NCBI GenBank assembly: GCA_001695645.1
Contig: LVZN01000084.1
Span: 54,189 to 86,188 of the forward strand
Reading direction: 5' to 3'
Length of the DNA: 32,000 nt
Source: Erysipelotrichaceae bacterium MTC7
Lineage (GTDB): Bacteria; Bacillota_I; Bacilli_A; Erysipelotrichales; Erysipelotrichaceae
Shown here: piece by piece, positions 26,032 to 32,000 of the stretch
Layout of the letters: every line of letters begins with the position of its first letter
How positions within the stretch are numbered: position 1 is the first letter of the stretch
Translations under genes and position numbers: made by a program
The notes under the pieces: model-generated
Databases searched by the model: none
What the model was told of the DNA's origin: nothing
The model's input: the letters and a program-made list of their open reading frames with translations, nothing else

Positions 26032-26937
26032 ATGAAACATTTATTAAAAATGAGTGATGTAAGTAAAACAGAGTTATACGAACTGTTGGACTTAGCAGAT
26101 AAACTGAAAAAAGAAGTGAAAGATGGTGTGCAAACACCATATCTGAAAGGAAAGACATTGGGTTGTATTTTCCAAAAGGCTAGTACTAGAACACGTGTAT
26201 CATTTGAAGTTGGAATGGTTCAGCTTGGTGGATATCCACTGTTTTTGAGTTCTAATGATCTTCAAATTGGTCGTGGTGAACCAGTGCAAGATACTGCACG
26301 CGTGCTTTCAAGATATCTTGATGGGATTATGATTCGTACCTTTGACCAACAAGAAGTTGAAGATTTTGCGAAATACGGTAGTGTGCCAATTATTAATGGA
26401 TTAACCGATTATGCGCACCCATGTCAAATCTTAGCCGACTTGATGACAATCAGAGAGTTTAAGGGAACACTAGAAGGGTTAAAGCTATGCTATATCGGTG
26501 ATGGAAACAATATGGCAAACTCATACATTGTAGGTATGTTAACTGCGGGTATGAAAGTTAGTGTTGCAACACCAAAAGGATATGAACCCGATGCTGGGAT
26601 TCTTGCAACCTATAAAGACGATCCAAACTTTGAACTTACCAACGATCCAAAACAAGCTGCAGTCGACGCTGATGTTGTAGTGACGGATGTTTGGGCAAGT
26701 ATGGGTGATGAAGGGGAAGCTGAAGAACGCAAACAAGTATTTGCGGGTGTCTTCCAAGTAAACCGCGAGATTATGAGTTTGGCCAAAGCGGATGCCATGG
26801 TCTTACATTGTTTACCTGCGCACCGTGAAGAAGAAATTACTGCAGAAATCTTTGAAGAACATGCAAATGAAATTTTTGAAGAAGCAGAAAACCGTTTACA
26901 TGCGCAAAAAGCAGTCCTCGTAACACTGATGAAATAA
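26032..26937 (+). CDS. argF: Ornithine carbamoyltransferase
   Basis: The motifs STRTR, HPCQ, DVWASMG and HCLPAHR are present. The ATG lies 6 nt after AGGGG. Confidence 0.95.
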   Translation: MKHLLKMSDVSKTELYELLDLADKLKKEVKDGVQTPYLKGKTLGCIFQKASTRTRVSFEVGMVQLGGYPLFLSSNDLQIGRGEPVQDTARVLSRYLDGIMIRTFDQQEVEDFAKYGSVPIINGLTDYAHPCQILADLMTIREFKGTLEGLKLCYIGDGNNMANSYIVGMLTAGMKVSVATPKGYEPDAGILATYKDDPNFELTNDPKQAAVDADVVVTDVWASMGDEGEAEERKQVFAGVFQVNREIMSLAKADAMVLHCLPAHREEEITAEIFEEHANEIFEEAENRLHAQKAVLVTLMK

Positions 26938-26959
26938 GGGATTTTACATCCCTTTTTTA
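26936..26959 (+). terminator. Intrinsic terminator ending the arg operon
   Basis: AAGGGAT-TTTAC-ATCCCTT hairpin followed by TTTTT. Confidence 0.85.
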
Positions 26960-26997
26960 TTTTATTAAAAATAATTTAAAAAACTTTCAAATAATGC

Positions 26998-27026
26998 TTG
27001 ACTCACCCCCTTCGTTTCGGTATAAT
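26998..27026 (+). promoter_or_regulatory. Sigma-A promoter for tRNA-Glu
   Basis: TTGACT (26998-27003), 17-nt spacer, TATAAT (27021-27026). Confidence 0.7.
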
Positions 27027-27056
27027 TCATCATGTACCTGTCAAAAAGGTAATGTT

Positions 27057-27133
27057 GGCCCGTTGGTGAAGCGGCTTAACACACCGCCCTTTCACGGCGG
27101 CATTCACGGGTTCGAATCCCGTACGGGTCACCA
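27057..27133 (+). tRNA. tRNA-Glu (anticodon UUC), CCA encoded
   Basis: Manual cloverleaf fold. Acceptor GGCCCGT/ACGGGTC, anticodon arm CCGCC-CTTTCAC-GGCGG, T arm ACGGG-TTCGAAT-CCCGT. Confidence 0.93.
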
Positions 27134-27144
27134 ATATAAAAGAA

Positions 27145-27173
27145 CGAGACAAGTAAGCCGGTCTCTTTTTTTT
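27145..27173 (+). terminator. Weak intrinsic terminator after tRNA-Glu
   Basis: GAGAC/GTCTC 5-bp stem with a 10-nt loop, followed by T9. Confidence 0.45.
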
Positions 27174-27206
27174 ATGCTTTATATAAGACGCTAATCTAAT
27201 ATAAGA

Positions 27207-27235
27207 TTGACAAGAATCTAACATGAATATATACT
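27207..27235 (+). promoter_or_regulatory. Sigma-A-type promoter for the MFS/ArsR-like pair
   Basis: TTGACA (27207-27212), 17-nt spacer, TATACT (27230-27235). It is embedded in AATCT/AGATT repeats. Confidence 0.6.
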
Positions 27236-27266
27236 GAAGATGTAATATGTTAGAGGGGTATCAAAC

Positions 27267-28538
27267 ATGAAAGAGATAACACGTAAAATGTTGATGAAGT
27301 ATCAACCACGTTATGTACGTTATATGTGTGCAAATGTAATCAATCGTTTTGGGGATGCAGTAGATTCCTTGGCGACGGTCTGGTTAACGTATGAGGTGAC
27401 AGGTAGTGCAAGTATGTCTGCACTAGCATATGCGTGTAACATGCTACCTACCGTAATTCTGACACCGCTATTGGGTGCATACGTGGAAAAGTTGAATAAA
27501 AAGAAAGTCATGGTGCTAGTTGACTTTATGCGTGCATGTTTAGTTTGTCTGTATCTGTTTTTATATGTAAGTGGGGTTTTAGATGTTGCGACGATTTTAA
27601 TACTTACGATACTGACCTCAAGTGTGGAAGCTTTGGGTCAACCTGCGATTTCCACGTTTGTGACAGAGATTCTTGATAAAGCGTATTATGAAGTAGGAGT
27701 TGGAACCAATCGTGCGCTGATGTCGGCAATGGAACTCGTTGGAAATGCATTAGCTGGGATTATTCTAGCAACTTTTGGTATTGCTGGTGCCTTTATTGTT
27801 GATGGGTGTACATTTGTAGTTGCTGGATTGTTAAAACTAATCATTCCTTATCAACAACGAATCCATGAAAAACATGCAAATACTCCATATCTTACGATGT
27901 TAAAAGATGGCTTTGTGTATTTGCGTAAATCGAAAGTTTTATTAACTCTATGTTTCGTTGGATGGTTCTTGAATGCAGCACTGGTTCCTTTTAATTCCGT
28001 GCTTGCACCATATATTGGAACATACTTAAATGGAAACCCTATATTTCTATCATTAGTAAGTATTGGGATTTCTGCAGGGGCAATGCTTGGTGGATTTTTA
28101 TATCCAACCATTAGTAAAAAGATTGCAACGAATATGCAGTTTGCAATCGCAGGAATGTGTGCTGCTCTATTGTATTTTAGCTTCTCGATGGTTGCTGTCT
28201 TACGATTGCCACTTTGTGGTTCGATTGCATTGCTGTTCATTTTTATCTTCATGATGGGAATTGCAGTCAGTATCGCTAGCAGTATTGCAAACATCACCTT
28301 TATTTCTCGTGTAGATCCAGATTACTTATCAAGGTCATCTGCGCTCACTGATGCGTTCTTCTATGGCGGAATGCCCATTACTTCATTTGGTGTATCGATC
28401 ATTGTGGCTAGTTTAAGTATTCCACAGGTATTTTTCATCTTTGGCTGCATCTGTTTGGTATGTTTTGGTATAATACTACATAACAAGACATTGAAAGGGG
28501 AAACAAGCGATGTTAACACTACAGAAACAACCGTATGA
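27267..28538 (+). CDS. MFS transporter (efflux-type, MFS_3/EntS-like)
   Basis: 423 aa with about 12 hydrophobic segments. The N-terminal NRFGDAVDSLATVWL motif is typical of this MFS subgroup. Confidence 0.85.
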   Translation: MKEITRKMLMKYQPRYVRYMCANVINRFGDAVDSLATVWLTYEVTGSASMSALAYACNMLPTVILTPLLGAYVEKLNKKKVMVLVDFMRACLVCLYLFLYVSGVLDVATILILTILTSSVEALGQPAISTFVTEILDKAYYEVGVGTNRALMSAMELVGNALAGIILATFGIAGAFIVDGCTFVVAGLLKLIIPYQQRIHEKHANTPYLTMLKDGFVYLRKSKVLLTLCFVGWFLNAALVPFNSVLAPYIGTYLNGNPIFLSLVSIGISAGAMLGGFLYPTISKKIATNMQFAIAGMCAALLYFSFSMVAVLRLPLCGSIALLFIFIFMMGIAVSIASSIANITFISRVDPDYLSRSSALTDAFFYGGMPITSFGVSIIVASLSIPQVFFIFGCICLVCFGIILHNKTLKGETSDVNTTETTV

Positions 28539-29514
28539 AATATATGAAACCTTTTCATACTTTGAACGTGCCTACTTCAATCTACCTGTAACGGCAGCTT
28601 GGAAGAAATATGATCCGCTTCGCAAGAAACTAGAAGCTAGTTACAAGGCGCTCCAACCGCATCTAGATGAAGTTTTGAAAAAACATGAGGAATTCTTTAG
28701 GTACATGGATTTTCGTGCGACAGAAGGAGATACATGGGTTGGCTACGTATTATGTTCCATTGTTTTTTTAAATGAAAAGCAAAATAAGCAGGAGACGTTT
28801 GCTGACGATATTATGGAATTACTAAAAGCTCCAGATATGAATTGCGAGGCTGAAAATCAAAGACATGCATTTATGCAATTTCTGCAAAATAGCGAAATAG
28901 ACAGTCAATACAAATGGGAATTGTTATACATCTATGAAAATATCGATTTCTTTTGTAAGGAAATGCAAGATATCATTGAAACATTGCAACCAGCAGTGGC
29001 AAAAGAACTTCGTCATTTTGAAAGCGAAGTGACAACCTTTGTGAATGATGTTCGCACGCAAATACGAAACATTGATTTAGAATCGTATATAAAACAAGTG
29101 ACACATATAACACTTGATGATGCAATGGTGCGAAGTGTGTACCCTTGTGTGTTTGCTTCAAACTCGCTTGCAATCCAAGAACATTACTTGTTTTTAGGAA
29201 TTCTCTTTGACTCATCGTTTGATTTTCAAGGTGAAAATGAACAATTGGATCTATTACTGGCTAAAATGAAAGTATTAACAGATCCAAGCAAGTTTGCCAT
29301 TTTAAAAGAACTGCATAAAGAATCGACCTATGGAAATGATTTAGCAAAGAAGATGAATTTAACACCGGCAACGATTTCACATCATATGAATGCGTTAGTC
29401 AGTGAGGGATTTGTGAATTTAAAAACTGGTAAAAGTAAACGTATTTATTACAGTGTCAACGAAGATGCAGTGAAACGCATCTTACAAAACATCGAAGAGC
29501 AACTATTAAGTTAG
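28510..29514 (+). CDS. ArsR-family winged-HTH regulator with a roughly 250-aa N-terminal domain of unknown function
   Basis: The C-terminal segment SKFAILKELHKESTYGNDLAKKMNLTPATISHHMNALVSEGFV is an ArsR/SmtB HTH. I recognise no family for the N-terminus. It overlaps the MFS gene by 29 nt. Confidence 0.75.
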   Translation: MLTLQKQPYEIYETFSYFERAYFNLPVTAAWKKYDPLRKKLEASYKALQPHLDEVLKKHEEFFRYMDFRATEGDTWVGYVLCSIVFLNEKQNKQETFADDIMELLKAPDMNCEAENQRHAFMQFLQNSEIDSQYKWELLYIYENIDFFCKEMQDIIETLQPAVAKELRHFESEVTTFVNDVRTQIRNIDLESYIKQVTHITLDDAMVRSVYPCVFASNSLAIQEHYLFLGILFDSSFDFQGENEQLDLLLAKMKVLTDPSKFAILKELHKESTYGNDLAKKMNLTPATISHHMNALVSEGFVNLKTGKSKRIYYSVNEDAVKRILQNIEEQLLS

Positions 29515-29525
29515 TTGCTTTTTTT
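29499..29525 (+). terminator. Intrinsic terminator
   Basis: GCAACTA-TTAAGT-TAGTTGC hairpin followed by T7. Confidence 0.8.
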
Positions 29526-29526
29526 A

Positions 29527-29554
29527 TTGACAATAATATTATACGGTGTATAGT
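29527..29554 (+). promoter_or_regulatory. Sigma-A-type promoter for the PadR operon
   Basis: TTGACA (29527-29532), 16-nt spacer, TATAGT (29549-29554). Confidence 0.55.
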
Positions 29555-29576
29555 ATTATATGAAAGGAGATACTAT

Positions 29577-29906
29577 ATGAGATTTCAATTAGGATCAAGT
29601 TTACTCGATGCGTGCGTATTATCCATTCTTAGAAATAATGATGCGTATGGCTACAAATTAACACAAGAAGTGAAAACAGTGATTGAAGTATCAGAGTCAA
29701 CCCTTTATCCTGTACTGCGACGTTTGACCAAAGAGGGATACTTGGAAACATATGACAAACAATTCGAAGGTCGAAATCGCCGTTACTATACGTTAACTGA
29801 ACAGGGGAAGAAACAATATCAGTTGTATTATGATGCTTGGAAAGAGTTTTCGACTCGCATTCAGAACATCATGGAAGGAGGACACACAAATGGAGAATAT
29901 GACTAA
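29577..29906 (+). CDS. PadR-family transcriptional regulator
   Basis: LDACVLSILRNNDAYGYKLTQEV...STLYPVLRRLTKEGYLE...GRNRRYYTLTEQG is a canonical PadR winged helix. Confidence 0.92.
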   Translation: MRFQLGSSLLDACVLSILRNNDAYGYKLTQEVKTVIEVSESTLYPVLRRLTKEGYLETYDKQFEGRNRRYYTLTEQGKKQYQLYYDAWKEFSTRIQNIMEGGHTNGEYD

Positions 29907-30552
29907 ACAACAATATATAACCAAACTTTCATATTATTTACGCGATATGGATGAAAATGAATATGAAGATGCAATGAATTACATTCAAGAATACTTTGAA
30001 GATGCTGGTGTAGAAAACGAAAAAAGCGTAATGGCTGAGTTGGGATCACCGCAAAAACTAGCTGCAACCTTACGTGCAGAAGCGACAATTAAAAACGTAA
30101 ACATCAAACGTGAAGCTGCTGAAAACGATCTCAAAGAAGAAAAACAAAAAAACAGTACCCTTAAAACACTGTTGATTATTATTCTAGGAATCTTTGCTTT
30201 ACCAATCGCTTTACCACTGGCTGTTGGAATGGTTGGCTTACTCATTGGATTAGCTGCATCACTTGTCGCTCTACTGATTGCCTTAGTCGCAGGTATTGTT
30301 GCTTTGTTTGTTGTTGGGATTCCAAACATGGTGCGTTCGGTAGCATTGCTAGGAACAAGTTTTGCGGATGGTTTAGTAGCACTTGGATTGAGTTTTATGA
30401 TGGTTGGGGTTGCAATCTTACTAACGCTTGCCATCGTTGCTCTAATTCGCCGTTTTATTCCTTGGTTGATTCACCAATTAAGTGAGATCTTTAATCGCAA
30501 CAACAAGCGTACACATATGCAAAAGGAGGGACACATTTATGAAGAAGAGTAA
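29890..30552 (+). CDS. DUF1700-like membrane protein (PadR-associated)
   Basis: Start at MENMTKQQYITKLSYYLRDM, with GGAGG 10 nt upstream. The N-terminal helical domain is followed by Ala/Leu/Gly-rich TM helices. It overlaps padR by 17 nt. Confidence 0.75.
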   Translation: MENMTKQQYITKLSYYLRDMDENEYEDAMNYIQEYFEDAGVENEKSVMAELGSPQKLAATLRAEATIKNVNIKREAAENDLKEEKQKNSTLKTLLIIILGIFALPIALPLAVGMVGLLIGLAASLVALLIALVAGIVALFVVGIPNMVRSVALLGTSFADGLVALGLSFMMVGVAILLTLAIVALIRRFIPWLIHQLSEIFNRNNKRTHMQKEGHIYEEE

Positions 30553-31339
30553 ATTACTAAGAAATACGGCCATTGTAGCCCTTTGCGTAACCCTTGTTGG
30601 GTTTGTTGTGATGATGATAGGTGTTGGTCAAGGCGGAAACCTTGTGCTCTCAAACGTCCGCATTGGACCAATCAGCACAATTACAATCAATGATGATAAT
30701 CGTGGAGAAGTTACTTCATTTCATGTAAGCCCTGAAAACATCCAATCTTTAGATATAGAAGCAGACCTTGGTGATATTGAAATTGTTAAAGGTGATACAT
30801 TTGATGTTCTTATGCAAGGTTTTACTGCAGATGAAGTACACTATGATAACTTGGAACACAACGTGTTTAAAATTGAGACAAGCTATAAAGGAAACTTAAT
30901 TAGTGTAGGTAGCAAAAACAATCATGGGAAAATCAAAGTAACAATTCCAAAAGATTTTAAAAAGGTTGAGATTAGTGCAGGTCTAGGTAATATCATTGTT
31001 TCAGATCTTGTTTTAGATGCCTTTGATATTTCTGTTGATGCAGGAAATCTTGAAGCAACAAACATGGATGTCGCAAATGTCGAAATCGATGTGAATCTTG
31101 GGAATGCAGAATATAACGGAACGGTTCGTGAAACAATTGAAGCAGATTGTGACCTTGGACAAGTAGAACTAGAAATCAAAGGAAACAGAGAAGAGTATTC
31201 TCTTGAACTCGATGCAGATTTAGGTTCGGTAATTGTAGATGGACAATCGTACAATCAACATGAGTCAAAAGGTACCACAAATAAAAAAATTGAAGCTTCG
31301 ACCAATTTAGGAGAAGTTAAAATAACCTTTATTCATTAG
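30539..31339 (+). CDS. DUF4097-like beta-helical membrane-anchored protein
   Basis: Start at MKKSKLLRNTAIVALCV, with GGAGGG 7 nt upstream, followed by a TM anchor. Repeated xLGxhxh turns follow: ADLGDIEIV, AGLGNIIVS, VDAGNLEAT, VNLGNAEYN, CDLGQVELE, ADLGSVIVD, TNLGEVKIT. Confidence 0.75.
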   Translation: MKKSKLLRNTAIVALCVTLVGFVVMMIGVGQGGNLVLSNVRIGPISTITINDDNRGEVTSFHVSPENIQSLDIEADLGDIEIVKGDTFDVLMQGFTADEVHYDNLEHNVFKIETSYKGNLISVGSKNNHGKIKVTIPKDFKKVEISAGLGNIIVSDLVLDAFDISVDAGNLEATNMDVANVEIDVNLGNAEYNGTVRETIEADCDLGQVELEIKGNREEYSLELDADLGSVIVDGQSYNQHESKGTTNKKIEASTNLGEVKITFIH

Positions 31340-31345
31340 GTTTTG

Positions 31346-31385
31346 AAGACACTTTTTCGATAATAAAAAAAAGTGTCTTTTTTTA
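31346..31385 (+). terminator. Intrinsic terminator
   Basis: AAGACACTTTTT / AAAAAGTGTCTT 12-bp stem followed by a T-run. Confidence 0.9.
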
Positions 31386-31396
31386 CGCTTTTAGTG

Positions 31397-31425
31397 TTGA
31401 CAGTGCATATCCTCCGTGATATTAT
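31397..31425 (+). promoter_or_regulatory. Sigma-A promoter for tRNA-Ile/tRNA-Ala
   Basis: TTGACA (31397-31402), 17-nt spacer, extended -10 TGATATTAT (31417-31425). Confidence 0.7.
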
Positions 31426-31446
31426 AATAAGGCATTCGCAAGAAAC

Positions 31447-31523
<77 letters not shown>

Positions 31524-31560
31524 ATTTCTTAATATGAATGCCAATATACATGGGGTTTTA

Positions 31561-31636
31561 GCTCAGCTGGGAGAGCGCCTGCCTTGCACGCAGGAGGTCA
31601 GCGGTTCGATCCCGCTAAGCTCCACCATATTGTAAA
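31561..31636 (+). tRNA. tRNA-Ala (anticodon UGC), CCA encoded
   Basis: Manual fold. The acceptor carries the G3:U70 identity pair, the anticodon arm is CCTGC-CTTGCAC-GCAGG, and the T arm is AGCGG-TTCGATC-CCGCT. Confidence 0.93.
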
Positions 31637-31649
31637 TTTCACCTAAGAC

Positions 31650-31678
31650 ATAGTCTTAGGTGTTTTTTAATGTTTGGA
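31650..31678 (+). terminator. Intrinsic terminator after the tRNA pair
   Basis: CACCTAAGAC-ATA-GTCTTAGGTG 10-bp perfect hairpin followed by T6. Confidence 0.9.
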
Positions 31679-31782
31679 GCTTGAGACTTTCAGTTGGACC
31701 TCCTGCAAAAAAAGATGACAATTTTTTAATATACGAGTCGATGTAAAAAAAATTGAACAATAAATATATTTAGTTTAACTTT

Positions 31783-31899
31783 TAGCGTCAGAAGTCGCCC
31801 ACTTCAACGTCGATAAGTAAGTGGGTGATGAATGACACCTTCTGTCTTTATAAACGCTAGTAAATGACGCCTTTGTATTAAACAGTAAGGCGAATTTTC
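31783..31899 (+). ncRNA. Candidate structured RNA element (unclassified sRNA or leader)
   Basis: 22 consecutive nt (31783-31804) pair with three separate downstream segments: 31854-31859, 31839-31844 and 31819-31828. A CGCCTT/AAGGCG hairpin (31868-31892) plus AATTTTC follows. No ORF of more than about 16 codons occurs on either strand. Confidence 0.25.
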
Positions 31900-31911
31900 A
31901 TGTGATAAATA

Positions 31912-31940
31912 TTGCTGGTGATAATCCTGCATGGTATAAT
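31912..31940 (+). promoter_or_regulatory. Sigma-A promoter for the gene starting at the window edge
   Basis: TTGCTG (31912-31917), 17-nt spacer, extended -10 TGGTATAAT (31932-31940). Confidence 0.6.
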
Positions 31941-31981
31941 CAGTATGAAGGATATATCATTCTACATTAGAGGTTATATAT

Positions 31982-32000
31982 ATGATAAAACTAGATAATA
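31982..32000 (+). CDS. 5' end of an unidentified CDS (MIKLDN...), truncated by the window
   Basis: ATG lies 8 nt after AGAGG and downstream of a good promoter. Only 6 codons are visible. Confidence 0.3.

Noticed and set aside
26994-27224. 66-aa (+) and 64-aa (-) ORFs
   Set aside because: Both are translations across tRNA-Glu and its promoter and terminator. The cloverleaf fully explains the sequence.
27851-28297. 148-aa minus-strand ORF
   Set aside because: It is antisense to the MFS transporter. Hydrophobic genes routinely generate long antisense ORFs, and there is no SD or promoter.
29985-30434. 149-aa minus-strand ORF
   Set aside because: It is antisense to the Ala/Leu/Gly-rich TM region of the DUF1700-like gene. 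It is a low-complexity mirror translation with no start context.

Overview
AT-rich, gene-dense chromosomal window with the gene order of a low-GC Gram-positive (Bacillota-type) genome. All confident genes but one are on the + strand. From 5' to 3': (1) the tail of the ribosomal/RNAP cluster (rpoA 3' end, rplQ). (2) Five inserted genes: an SseB-like protein, a VanY/M15 lipoprotein, a CapA-family lipoprotein, a SAM O-methyltransferase and a membrane-anchored RraB-like protein. (3) ecfA1-ecfA2-ecfT-truA. (4) A PHP phosphatase and a SIS-domain gene. (5) rplM-rpsI behind a structured leader. (6) Accessory singletons: a DUF4230 protein plus a 26-codon hydrophobic sORF, a flavodoxin-like/2x[4Fe-4S] protein, a NUDIX hydrolase split by one in-frame TAA, a membrane XRE regulator, ddh, ogt, an FtsX-type ABC permease with its ATPase, a CarD-like protein, and one AT-rich orphan gene on the minus strand. 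(7) An 8-kb argG-argH-argC-argJ-argB-argD-argF operon behind a T-box leader whose specifier reads as CGC (Arg). (8) A stand-alone tRNA-Glu. (9) An MFS transporter overlapping a long ArsR-type regulator. (10) A PadR-DUF1700-DUF4097 triad. (11) A stand-alone tRNA-Ile(GAU)-tRNA-Ala(UGC) pair. (12) About 300 bp of ORF-free structured sequence before a new gene starts at the window edge. I see no CRISPR array, transposase, integrase or recognisable defence module, and no convincing novel multi-gene system. The most noteworthy items are the T-box control of arginine biosynthesis, the structured ORF-free element after the tRNAs, the nonsense-split NUDIX gene, and several poorly characterised regulator/membrane modules.
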